A stretch of DNA of 64,000 nt from Eledone cirrhosa (lineage: Eukaryota), in NCBI GenBank assembly GCA_964016885.1, contig OZ024743.1, forward strand, positions 122,822,001-122,886,000, written 5' to 3'. The notes under the pieces were generated by a model. That model did not search any database, was not told where the DNA came from, and worked only from the letters and a program-made list of their open reading frames with translations. Below are positions 25,252-38,335 of this stretch, one piece after another (within the stretch, counting starts at the first letter, position 1; each line of letters begins with the position of its first letter). The translations under genes were made by a program, and so were the position numbers.

Positions 25252-27261
25252 CCTTCATCGTCAGCTGCAGCAGCAGCAATAGTAGTATCAATTATATTGT
25301 TTTGCTATTAATGTTTATAGTTAGGTATCAGAGAAAGAGTAACAGAGTCAATCATCGGTGATAATGATAGTTGTAGCAACAAAAGCAGCTGCTCTATTGC
25401 CTATAGTAGTAGATGTCATTGCCTATTTATCAACGCTTAAGATTGTAATGTTTCAGTAACTGCAGCAATAGTTTCTAGGATTCTTAGATTGGAAAACTGA
25501 AATTTCAGTCAGAATATTAATGCTTTATATTCGTACACTTGCAATTCTTCGGGTTAGTCCACAATATGGTATAACCTACATTCCATCTGTCTGTTAGACT
25601 TTAAAGTAAGAATACGACATTGAAACTAATCTAATAAAATGCGATAATTCCCGAAACTTATGAAAACGTTGAACACAGAATTTATAAAATGTTATAAAGT
25701 TTACATGGCATACTGCAGCACAATAATTATTTGATAATGTTCGAGTTTACAAAATGTGACATGTCTGACTTTTCTCTGCGAAAGAGTTACACATGGGTTA
25801 TGACTTTACTGCATTTTATACACTCGATATTTAAATAAAACAGAAGTAATTATGGAAAACAATGCCATGTCTGCTTTAAAACATTTAAATTTTGTAATTT
25901 AATACAGTTATTTAAAAATATTTCTAGTATATTTGTTATATTGTTTTTTAAGCTTTCAAACGACACAATTTGAGTTTAACTATCTCAGGATTTAGTTAAT
26001 TAATTCTCTTTTGCTTTTGGTGTTCTTAATAGTTATATCATCAATCACCGGCCTAATTACACACTGTTTTGTTGTTACTCATACTTTCTTTTGACGTTGT
26101 TTCCTTTGTGTTTGATAAAAATCCAACCTCCTCACTTTTGTTTTTGTCAGTCTCTCATTTCAGTGCCTCTCATGTCTTCCCTACCACGACCGCTCTGCTT
26201 CTCATCAATGTCGCAAAAGTTAATCATTTCCCTGATTACTTGATGCTAACAAGAGCAATAAAAGTGAAATATCAATAGTTATCAAGTTTGTCTATTCAGT
26301 CGAATAATTTATTGATTGCTTTCCTTTGGCTTTTGTTTATTTATCCCTACTCACGCCATTGCAAAAGGAAAACTAACAATAAAAGTATGGCGCCAAACAC
26401 AAGGACAAGTAACATTAAAATATGAATCGGGAAATATTGTCCAGCAACAATAGCTACTCAAAGACATGCCGACAGTATGGTGTTCAGTTCTGTACATCTA
26501 GAAATTAGAAAAACCTAACTAGATTAGTGAGCTGAGAAGTAAAAGACTGACTAAGATTGAACTACTACAATTGATTAAATACCGTAAACAAAATCATTTG
26601 AATTAATTTCAGAGTTAAGGGAGAACAGAAGATGCGATGATTAAATTAGAAATATTAAAAGAGAGTTATGGAGAATGGGGAAAAAAAATCGATGTTTACA
26701 ATACGAAGAGGTTAAAGAGAGAACGTAATGGCGTTGGAAATGAAATTAATCAATTGCTTTAAAGATTTTGTGCATGCGTTCCAGTCTATCTGTGTATAAG
26801 TGTGTATGTGTCTGTAAGTGTGTAGTAGTGCTTATGGGTCCTATTTATGAGAATATATTTTTACCATATATGTATAATGTCGGTATATCTAGAACATTTA
26901 TCTGTGGTGCATGATAATGTTTATTCATGGATAGAAAAACAATTTCGTTCGTGAGAATGTACACACTACAGTATGAGCAAAAGCAAATCAGCTGAAATGC
27001 AAATATATCCCAGCAACGAATTCAGGAGCAATCAAAGAACAAACTTATCCGCTTGGCTATAGAATACATTCAAATTTAACTTGCCACAGGCTGTAACCTG
27101 CTTTTGGAAGTATATACATCACAGATATATTGGGCATTAACTACAAAAAAAGAAATAATAATCTTTATTTTCGCTCACACAAGATCGTCAGAGAAACCGT
27201 ATATTTAAACTAGAAGGTTGCAGTAAGAAATTATTTAAAAAACTAATTTGAACAATGTCAA

Positions 27262-27307
<46 letters not shown>

Positions 27308-27314
27308 AACATGC

Positions 27315-27383
<69 letters not shown>

Positions 27384-27564
27384 AAGAGGTATAAATCAAC
27401 ATTTCATAATTTACTTCTTTTATTACCGTTATATTTATATATATAATATATATATATTTAAATATATATGTATATATGTATATATATATGTGTGTATATA
27501 TATTATATATGTAGACACACACACACATATATATTTATATCTTAAACACACATATATATTTATA

Positions 27565-28200
27565 TCTTCTTCTTCGCCCACTTATTGTAGAGAGGGTCGT
27601 GCGGGCCAAGTCCTCAAACATTCCTTCCAGTGGACCCTCTCAGAAGCAACCGTCTCCAACTGATCCGTATGGATCAGCCAAGCTCAAGGATGTTATCCAA
27701 CCATCTTGCTCGTGCTCTAGCCCTGGGCCTCTTGCTAGTTGGTTTTGCTCGTAAAATCTGTCCGGTGATTCTTTTCTGAGACATTCTAACCACATGCCCA
27801 TAGTATCGGAGCTATGATCTCCCAATTCAGGGAAGTAGGCCTCTACCTGGAATCACAATGTTATCTCTAAACTACGCATTCTATCGAGTAACGTTACCCC
27901 AAAGATCCTTCGGAGGTACCCCATTTCAGCCGAGCGTATTCAAGATCGTATTCTTTTGAAGATTCATGACCATAGGTAAGGATTGACATGAATCCCGAAT
28001 TGAAGATCGAGAGTAGCCTTTACACTTACTTCCCTTCTTCTGATTAGAGAATGATGAAGCTGGCACATTACTGCACCAGCCTCTGCAATGCTGGCACTTA
28101 ATTGAGTCTCCTGTATTCCATGAGTCGTGAACACGATCACGACATACTTGAACTTGGATGAAAATCAGTGGTGCGAAAACTTAGACACTTGCCCTCTCAC
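27565..28200 (-). mobile_element. RTE-clade LINE 3' fragment with (GAA)n tail
   Basis: Minus frames give SAEMGYLRRIFGVTLLDRMRS...LRYYGHVVRM...KRPRARARARWLDNI; ends in a short (GAA)n run. Confidence 0.8.
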
Positions 28201-28370
28201 GGAAGCCGGCACTGTACAATATATATAAATATATAATTTTTTTTTTCTCTCTCTCCCCCCTTTTTTATCCCAATAACTTATTTTAGTTATTGTTCGCGAA
28301 GAATTACCCATGATCATAGCAGACAACTGACGATGGACATTACCCTCTTTCGCCCGTAACTTTTATTTTC

Positions 28371-28429
<59 letters not shown>

Positions 28430-28727
28430 GAACGTTGTTCTAAAATGTCAGAATGTCGGAATTTCGCCTCGCAAACATAAGATCCGAGATCTAATACCAA
28501 TGTGTGGCATTCAGAACGTCATTCATTTACCTTAAACGCCATTTGACTGAAGCCACGTCAGGGATTTGGAATACAGTTGGATAAACTATACCATGCTGAA
28601 CCTCCTGTGGGTTAAAAGTAAAATTTATGTGTGTAGCTTTCCGTTGATCCTCGTCGAAATCAATGGAGGTCTATTTACAATTCAAAGCACACACACACAC
28701 ACATACACACACCTCTCTCTCTCTCTG

Positions 28728-28780
<53 letters not shown>

Positions 28781-29037
28781 GTATATATATAAATACATTC
28801 ATTCATACATACATGCATACATACATGCAGGCATATATACATATATACATAAATACATACATGCATGCATACATACATGCGTATATGCATAGATACATAC
28901 ATACATACATACATTTCATACATATATACATATATATATATATACATAAATACATACATGCATACATACATGCATACATGCATACATGCATACATGCATA
29001 TATACATACATACATGCATACACGCATACATACCTAT

Positions 29038-29091
<54 letters not shown>

Positions 29092-29503
29092 CGTGTGTAT
29101 AATGAAAACAATCAACTTGTATGAAAATTGCACTGTTTATTATAACTAAATTTGTGTCTCATTCTTTTTTTTTAATGTTATCTTATTAGCGCTCTCTTTT
29201 CTGTGCCGACTCTGAAACGCAACATCATTAAACAACTCCTACATACCTCAGCCATTATACCTTCCCCCTTGTCCTTTCTTATATATGTTCCTACTTTCGT
29301 TTATTTGTGTCTTTCAGTGGAATTAAGAAAAAATCTTAAATCTCTTAATCAAGTCAGCAAATCTAAAAACGACAACAGTTTTATACTTTGCTAAAACTGT
29401 CAACAGCACATTGTGTTGATGTGTGAATGGTGTGTATGTTACAGATAGTTGGGCAGGATTTCAGGGAAAAGATATACAGATAGGTAATTGGATGCATTGT
29501 TGG

Positions 29504-29576
<73 letters not shown>

Positions 29577-29593
29577 TTTACACACACACACAT

Positions 29594-29633
<40 letters not shown>

Positions 29634-29659
29634 GTATAAAACAAACTGAGACAGAAAGA

Positions 29660-30185
29660 GAGAAAGGTTGAGGGAGCGAGTGAGAAAGAGAAAGAGAAAG
29701 GTTGAGTGAGCGAGTGAGAAAGAGAAAAAGAAGAGGGCTGAGTGAGAAAGAAAGGAAAGTTGAGTGAACGAGTGAGAAAGAGAGGAATGTTGAGTGAGCG
29801 AGTGAGAAAGAGAAAGAGAGGAAGGTTGAGTGAGCGAGTGAGAAAGAAAGGAAGGTTGAGTGAGCGAGTGAGAAAGAGAAAGAGAGGAAGGTTGAGTGAG
29901 CGAGTGAGGAAGAAAGGAAGGTTGAGTGAGCGAGTGAGAAAGAGAAAGTGAGGAAGGTTGAGTGAGCGAGTGAGAAAGAGAAAGAGAGGAAGGTTGAGTG
30001 AGCGAGTGAGAAAGAAAGAAAGGTTGAGTGAGCGAGTGAGAAAGAAAGGAAGGTTGAATGAGCGAGTGAGAAAGAGAAAGAGAGGAAGGTTGAGTGAGCG
30101 AGTGAGAAAGAAAGAAAGGTTGAGTGAGCGAGTGAGAAAGAAAGGAAGGTTGAGTGAGCGAGTGAGAAAGAGAATGAGTGAGTGA
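29660..30185. repeat. Purine-rich minisatellite with 27- and 33-bp unit variants (ggaaggttgagtgagcgagtgagaaag[agaaag]a)
   Basis: Direct reading; roughly 17 units. Confidence 0.9.
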
Positions 30186-30569
30186 ATGATAGAGAATGAT
30201 AGAGACTGATAGTATAGTCAGACTGACAGAGGCGGAGATAGAGGCGGAGATAGAGACGGCGACAGAGATAGACAGAGACAGAAAGGCGGCAAAACATATA
30301 GCACATCTCAATACTTATCTAACGAATTTAAGAGTGTCGTATATACACCTTCTTTGCTTTTTTTTACCAGACCTTCTCAATACCAACAAGACGAAAATGA
30401 GTAAAAAATAATAGAATATGACAAGGAAGGAAGAGAAGCGAGATTAAAATCCCAAGCAAATAAGAGAAGCAAGTATAAAGAATATTCCTGGTATATGTAA
30501 ATGTTATTCGGATTTTAAATGGATTTTCAGAATTATTTTATTTATTTCTGTTGTGCAATCATATTTTTG

Positions 30570-30848
30570 TTGTTATTGTTATTGTTATTGTTATTGTTAT
30601 CACCTTTTCATATCCAGTGTTATTGTTGATTATCTTCTTGGCAATCTTCATTGCAATCATTATCATTAAAATCATCATCGTCATCATCGTCATCATCATC
30701 ATCATCATCAATGCCGTCGTTATCGTCGTCGTCGTCGTTGTCGTCGTCGTCGTCGTCATCATCATCGTCATCATCATCATCATCATTGCCGTCGTTATCG
30801 TTGTCGTCGTCGTTGTCGTTGTCGTTGTCGTCGTCGTCGTCGTCGTCG

Positions 30849-30886
<38 letters not shown>

Positions 30887-31691
30887 GTCATCGTCATCGT
30901 CATCATCATCATCATCATCACCATCATCATTTTAAATATAATAACTATCATCCTCATCATCATCATCATCATCATTACTAATTCTGTCATCGTCAACAAT
31001 CCTGTCGACATAACCATCGTCATCATCAATGCCTTCATCATCATCATCATAATTATCATCATCATCATCGCCATCATCATCAGCATCATCACCACCCCCA
31101 CCACCACCACCATCATCATAATCATCATCGTCAGCATCACCACCACCACCAACACCATCACCATCATCATAATCATCATCGTCATCATCACCACCATCAT
31201 CATCATCTTCTTTGCAATCTTCATTGCAATCATTATCATCAAAATCATCATCGTCATCATCATCATCATCATCATTGCCGTTGTTATCGTTGTCGTCGTC
31301 GTCGTTGTCGTCGTCGTCATCATCACCACCACCACCATCATCCTCACCACCACCACCACCACCACCATCACCATCACCATCATCATTATCATTGCCACCA
31401 CCACCACCACCACCACCACCATCACCATCATCATTATCATTGCCATCCTCCTTCTCGTTATCGTCATCATCACCACCACCACCACCACCACCACCACCAC
31501 CACCACCACCACCACCACCACCACCACCACCACCACCATCACCATCATCATTATCATTGCCATCCTCCTCCTCGTTATCGTCATCATTATCGACGACGCC
31601 ATTCTCCTCCTCGTCATTATCCTCATCATCATTACCGCTAGCACCACCACTATTGCCCCCCTCCTCCTCCTCCTCCTCCTCCTCCTCCTCC

Positions 31692-31740
<49 letters not shown>

Positions 31741-31830
31741 TATCATTATCACCACCATTACAATAATCACCACCATCCTCATCTTCATCATCAGCTTCAT
31801 TATCAGCATCATCATTGTCATTGTCAACAT
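30570..31830. repeat. Compound trinucleotide array (ATC/GTC/ACC/CTC)n with internal block duplications
   Basis: Direct reading; block 30632-30790 recurs near 31205-31330. Confidence 0.92.
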
Positions 31831-32473
31831 GATAAATTCTATGTCTCCACTAGCTTCACTGTTTCTGCAGTGACAATCGTTAATGTCACCACTTACATTA
31901 TGTCTACATTGTATGGGCAAGAATCTAATTAAATAAAAGTCAAGATTAGGTCACAGAATATTTCTTCACATAACTGTTATTGATGCATAAGGTCCTTCAT
32001 ACAACAATTCATTCCAAATAAAGCCATTTTGCAATGGCTGCTTTGAAACTAATGTACTTTTCTTTCATTTCTGCTGAGAAAATATCTAAAAGTTCCTTTT
32101 CTCTCTCTCTCTCTGTTGAGGAACAAATGTGCCCTTCCTTTTGGTAGTTACCAAAGATTGATTGGCATACAGCTCAGAGGTTACTACCTTTACTGTATAC
32201 ATGGCTTGTCTCACAACGTAAACATTTACTAAAATGTCAGCAGATATAAACGAAGCCAGCAAAAGCTGGATTGCATACACGGACAAGTAAATATTTTAGC
32301 TGCTTCAAGTCATAGACATAATCCTATTCTGCAAACCACTCCACAAATAGATGTTAGTCATCTGTGAGTAAATCCATTCACAGGCACTCAGAAACAAACA
32401 CATTCAATAGAAAACATGCACACATGTATACATATGCTATGTATGTATGTATGTATGTATGTATGTATGTATG

Positions 32474-32534
<61 letters not shown>

Positions 32535-32732
32535 AGAGAGAGAGAGAGAGAGAGAACGAGAGAAAGAGAAAGAGAGAAAGAGAGAGAAAGAGAGAGAAAG
32601 AGAGCGAGAGAGATACGTACGTATGTACACACACACACACACACACACACATACACATATATATATAAGTATCAGTCATAAATATTCACACAAGCATACT
32701 ACGTCAATATGTATGTAGTTATGTATGTATAT

Positions 32733-32771
<39 letters not shown>

Positions 32772-33059
32772 TACACACGCATACACACGCATACACACAC
32801 ACGCATACACACACACGCATACACACACACACACGCATACATACCTACACATATATGTATATGTATGTATGTATGTTCGCATGCAGTTCTGTTCGCATGC
32901 CAACATAAGAGCAAGAATGAAGTGTTCATTCTACTGACATGACTATAAAATTAAGGCTTGTTTGCATAATTGCAAACGAATCGAATGTTATTAATATTCG
33001 AAAAACTCAGATTACATTTATTGTATTCATCCATATAAAGCGAAAATTTATATATATAC

Positions 33060-33856
33060 ACGGAAAAAATGAAACGAAATTTCATTTCCCACTCTTAGTA
33101 CGGCTGTTACTTAAATATAAGTATGTACACGTACATACATATATGTATACAGACGTACAGTAGTATGTATATATATATACATACATGCACACACATATAT
33201 ATATACGTATGGATTCACCGAACATTTATTATAATGCTCGGTGTGTTTGTAAACAAACATCCCGTATTAAGCCGTAGTGTCTAGCAACCATCGTTGCTTG
33301 ATTTTTACAAACACACCGAGCATTATAATAAATGTTCGGTGAATCCATATGTACATATATATATATGTGCATGTATGTATATATATATATACATACTACT
33401 GTACGTCTGTATACATATATGAATGTACGTGTACATACTTATATTTAAGTAACAGCCGTACTAAGAGTAGGAAATGAAATTTCGTTTCATTTTTTCCGTT
33501 TATAGTTTTCGGTGCACCCGGCCGATTAACCCACCGATATGCAAATTGGGCTACTCAGCCGTTAGTATGCATAAGGTAAGTATATACGTTCAACAATCTG
33601 GCAGGAAGGTATACGTTGCGGACGATAGCTAATAAGCTTGAAACTAGTACAGCGTTCCTTTGTCAGTGTTGAACAAACGAGCAACGATGGTTGCTAGACA
33701 CTACGGCCTAATACGGGATGTTTGTTTACAAACACACTGAGCATTATAATAAATGTTCGGTGAATCCATACGTACATATATATATGTGTGCATGTATGTA
33801 TATATACATACTACTATACGTCTGTATACATATATGTATGTACTTGTACATACTTA

Positions 33857-33861
<5 letters not shown>
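33060..33861 (+). mobile_element. Non-autonomous Penelope-like element, family D: one inverted and two direct pLTR-like copies
   Basis: 33060-33299 inverted; 33304-33499 and 33680-33861 direct copies; HHR in the intervening segment; (TA)n flank. Confidence 0.75.
33613..33655 (+). ncRNA. Minimal hammerhead ribozyme with a U4>G core variant
   Basis: acgttg CGGACGA t agc taataa gct t GAAA c ta GTA cagcgt; 6-bp stem I, palindromic actagt stem III. Confidence 0.6.
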
Positions 33862-33947
<86 letters not shown>

Positions 33948-33991
33948 TAAAATACAAATATTAATAAAATAGATGTTCTTTTGATCAATTA

Positions 33992-34046
33992 CATTTTATT
34001 ATACATATTTCGGATTTACAACAGTACGTCCTCATCAGATAAAATA
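33992..34046 (-). ncRNA. Minimal type I hammerhead ribozyme
   Basis: Minus strand: tattttat CTGATGA ggacgtac tgtt gtaaatcc GAAA tatgt ATA ataaaatg. Confidence 0.78.
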
Positions 34047-34221
34047 TAATGATACATGACATACCCTGAGATGTTAAATGGTTAAGATTTAATCAAGGTA
34101 GTAGCAATTCTAACATGTCAAGCTCCAAAATACCCTAATGTTTGTACCCAATATTCTCAGAGTAAAATACCTTGATTAAATCTTAACCATTTAACATCTC
34201 AGGGTATGTCATATATCATTA

Positions 34222-34276
34222 TATTTTGTCTGATGAGGATGTGCTGTTGTACATCCGAAATATGTATAATAAAATG
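34222..34276 (+). ncRNA. Minimal type I hammerhead ribozyme with intact core
   Basis: tattttgt CTGATGA ggatgt gctgttgt acatcc GAAA tatgt ATA ataaaatg; perfect 6-bp stem II, 8-bp stem I; predicted cleavage after 34268. Confidence 0.85.
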
Positions 34277-34414
34277 TAATTGATCAAAAGAACATCTATT
34301 TTATTAATATTTGTATTTTAATATTAATAACTCTGGAAAATTATTTACCATAGGGTGCTTCCAATCTACTGTAAAACTCATTCTTTGATTTATTCATTAA
34401 ATCTTGTTTAACTC

Positions 34415-34469
<55 letters not shown>

Positions 34470-34617
34470 TGTGTATATGTGTGTGTGTGTGTGTGGGGGG
34501 GGGGGGTTGTGAGCAGTTGCGTATGTGTATTTATGCATGCATTGTGTAGTCTAGATGAAGTAGAAGCAGCATATAATGGAGAATGCATTATCTAAATTTA
34601 CTTCGTATGACAAAACA

Positions 34618-34998
34618 ATTGTTTCTACATTTGGCACAAGGCCAGTAATTACCCAGTACATTACTGGTACTTTATTTTATCGACCCCCGTAAGGATGAAA
34701 GGCAAAGTGAACCTCGGCGGGATTTGAACTCAGACCGTAAAGGGACGTAACTATGCTGGAAAGCATGGCGTCCAACTCTCTACCGATACTGCCAATCCAC
34801 GACAAAATAATTGTTTCTACTTTTGGCACAAGGCCAGCAAATTACCCAGTGCATTACTGGTACTTTATTTTATCGACCCCATAAGGATGAAAGGCAAAGT
34901 TAACCTAGGCGGGATTTGAACTCAGAATGGCAAGGGCCGTAACTCTATGCATCAAAGCATGGCATCCAACCCTCTACCGATACTGCCAATTCACCGCC
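34618..34998 (-). mobile_element. Two tandem tRNA-derived SINEs (34618-34800 and 34810-34998)
   Basis: Two full copies, each with a B-box; gacaaaa(c/t)aat is repeated before, between and after them. Confidence 0.9.
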
Positions 34999-35139
34999 CT
35001 CGACGACAAAATAATACCAGTAATACATTGCTGATCAATTATGAGCCGAAGAAGTAAACCCTTACAGACAAGAAACATTCGTACATAGCCGGTTTGGGTT
35101 TTTGACATTAGCCTTTTGCTCCTGTCATACTTTCATATT

Positions 35140-35605
35140 CCTCTAAGAAGTTGCCGACCATCTCTATTTCCGAAGGGGTTCTATAAACAATCACGATGAC
35201 GTCATCTGCGTATGCCTACGCAGCTCTACTACGTCCTGGTTTTTGCAAGAGCTTCACATTCCACAGCAGTGGCTCAGGTGTCAGTGCCTACAGAAGGAAG
35301 TAGAGAGGGTATCCCCGAAGGACTAAGTGAGTGATCTAGAACGGTTCCGATAGGTGGCCGTTGACTTTGATCACCGAGAAGACACCGCTTCACATTGCAG
35401 CTATCCAGCCATTTAAAGACGGCACCGAAGCCGGTTATCTTGAGGACAGTGTCGTGGTATGGATGGTCGACTCTATCAAAATCTTTCGATTGATCCAAAT
35501 TGATCGGAGTACCTCTGAGGCAAGATTTACTCCCTAACCTCTCTATGATGCATTGCAGGATGTGGAGGTAGTCGTCTATGGACCTGGTCAGGATTACGCA
35601 CATCT
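35140..35605 (-). mobile_element. Tx1/L1-clade LINE RT fragment
   Basis: RSIDDYLHILQCII...INLDQSKDFDRVDH...GFG; YADDVI (tacgcagatgacgtcatc on the minus strand). Confidence 0.82.
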
Positions 35606-35849
35606 ACTCCAACATCTAGGACCTTTTCTCTCTTATTGGAAGACCTCTGCTGTGGCTGACTTTCACCACTTTCTTTTTGGTTTAGAGCGTGTCAGCAGTG
35701 TAGCCGTACTCACCACGCTTGATCAATTCCGTATTGGTGAGGCTATTTAACCCAGAGTTGGAGTGGATGGCCGTTAACTCTAACGAGTTCATTCCGCCCT
35801 TTTAACCGCTCATGTTAGGTTGTACTGGGTTACATGGTAGCAGTAACAG

Positions 35850-36440
35850 GCAGAAACCTGACCTAACCATTACTCTGAGAATATTGGGTACAAACATCTG
35901 GGTATTTTGGAGCTTGACATATTAGAATTGCTACTTAAAACGATGTTGAAGTTGGATAGGCTAACGCAAAAGAAAATAGTTGACAATGGGGCATTGCTCC
36001 CAAAGACAAATGCCGTAAGGCTATGTACATCGCCGAACGTAGGAGGCCAAGGAATTGTATTTGTGAAAAATTGCGTATGTGCGAAAAAAAGACTCGTATT
36101 TGGCCAGGAATAAAGAGCAACTTTTAAGCTATGCTGCCAAATGCAGCGTAGAATTCTTTAATATATAAGAGCAGACATAACTTTGGTAAAGAAAGGAACA
36201 TAAATGGTGCTTTTGTTGATCAATTTAGCTTCCCAGGAAACCATTACGTCAATGATAAGGAAAACGGGAAGATCTTGAAATATGCAGACTTGAGAATAGA
36301 AGTCGAGAGAATATGGAATATGAAAGCATAAGCAGTAAAAATTGTGATTTGGAGCAATTGGATCTGAGACAGAAAACTTTAAAAAAAACTTGATAGAATT
36401 GATTTCGTCCCAGCATTACGATATTGCAGCCTGCGGAAAT
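35850..36440 (+). mobile_element. Degenerate Dong/R4-like LINE fragment, older family
   Basis: NDKENGKILKYADLRIEVERIWNMKA*AVKIVI-GAIG, an RLE C-terminal motif. Confidence 0.7.
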
Positions 36441-36894
36441 TACTGTCTATCTGAGATTACATAACTTGATAGGAAATCAATAAAATGATCCAGTGTTAAT
36501 AAGATCATCACTGTGTAAATGACGGATAATTTATTTTTTGTTGTTGTTCTTGTTACTATTGCTGTTGTCGTTCTTTCTAAGTGCTCTTAATATAGTGATT
36601 TTTGAGAGATTTATGCCGGTGAATTTTTTTCCAGGTAGTTAGCTATCAATACACACACATACCCACCCACCTAAATATAAATAAATATATATATATATAT
36701 ATATATATTAGGTATAAATCGAAGCTGTAGCTGCCGCACAGCACGTACCGTACGATTTGTTTGAGGCAATCTATAAGCACTCAATGGAGTGAAAAGTTAA
36801 AAAATAATAAGGTCCAGAGTAACCACAACAGTTATAAAGTATGACACCAAGAAAACCGACTGAAGGCACTCGCCATACATATATCACAACAGCG

Positions 36895-37009
<115 letters not shown>

Positions 37010-37609
37010 CTCAAAATCAGTTCTATGCATTGAAAACATTTTCTTAAATATAAATACACATACCCAAATGTAATCATTGAGCCAAATAAACCATGCAGGA
37101 TTATTGAAAAGATAATGTTCTATTTGATGTCTAATTTATGAAAATATAATAACTCAGATTTTCCTTAACTAAAAGAAAATTGAGTTTATAGGATCTCTTA
37201 TACAAAGCATTAATGATTATAGGTGAAATACTATTCCTTATACGCTCTATATTTCCATTTTTTGAAATCCATTCCTATTTTATTGTTATTTGCTGAATAT
37301 AGCTTCTTAATATAGTGGTATATCTCAGCGGATAATATTTATTTAAAAACACCACAAAGGAATTCTGTGCAACGATATGAATGAAAGCGCACATTCAATT
37401 AAGTAATATATAATGCAAAGAAAATACTCTTCATATCATATAAGTATATATAATTGTATATATATTTTGAGGTTGTTTACAGACACCAATCTTTCAAACT
37501 TTGATATTGGTTATAACACACACGCATTTTATTTTATTATTTTATTTTTTTATTTTTTTATTTCTTCGTTTTATTGTCTCTTATTTTTCTCATTTTACTT
37601 TATCTGTTT

Positions 37610-38055
37610 GGCACCGTGGTGAAATGGTGGCAGGATAGATGCCAACCCCCACACACAAATTCTTCTAAACATAGCAGCAGCCGAACTAAAGCTGACTCCC
37701 TAACACCAATACCACTACCAACACAAGGGAGGAAGTCAGCTGTACTTAACAGAAACAACCACAACAGTTTGTCTTGCCTCAGGAAAATTTCTATGTTCTC
37801 ACAACTGACCAATGGGAGGAGAGAGTGTCCTATCACGCCGAAATTCGTTTGTTCGAATTCATATGATTCCAGTTCCTCAGAGAAATAACAACCCAACCAG
37901 GAGCTGGACATATCGGAGTATTGACGGAGTAAAACACTTCAAGTCACACCAATTCGGACTACCTGAAGAGGTCACAGCCAATGATGGCTGTCACCGAAAT
38001 ATATATACCAGTACATCTTTAATAAACGAAGCCAAATTTTAAATATTTGACTTAA
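37610..38055 (+). mobile_element. Penelope-like element 3' remnant
   Basis: Frameshifted C-L-x-E/K-FYVLT similar to CQLCLMEHYYIIKT in the 50833 ORF; downstream HHR; followed by (TA)n. Confidence 0.55.
37956..38014 (+). ncRNA. Hammerhead ribozyme with intact core and degenerate stem I
   Basis: CTGAAGA ggt c acagcca atga tggctgt c acc GAAA tatat ATA ccagtac. Confidence 0.65.
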
Positions 38056-38118
38056 TTATTTTATTTTAATTGTATATATATATATATATATATATTGTAT
38101 AGTTATATATATAAGCTC

Positions 38119-38317
<199 letters not shown>

Positions 38318-38335
38318 ATGTATGTTTACTGAGTG

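Larger units (their letters stand above)
33944..34415. mobile_element. Fold-back element, family B, with a hammerhead in each arm
   Basis: 157-bp arms 33944-34100 / 34168-34324, 67-nt spacer, unique tail to about 34415; (TA)n on both flanks. Confidence 0.82.

Noticed and set aside
29660-30185. CRISPR-like array, or an RKKGRLSE repeat protein
   Set aside because: Contiguous units without unique spacers, no cas genes, eukaryotic context; an ordinary minisatellite
30559-31920. 453-aa Met/Val/Thr-rich ORF as a real gene, for example reflectin-like
   Set aside because: Pure trinucleotide repeat with no reflectin motif, no Tyr/Trp-rich composition and no splice evidence
31897-31924. 28-nt minus-strand microexon with AG and GTAAGT boundaries
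   Set aside because: The frame needed to join the 16252 exon contains a stop, and there is no other support
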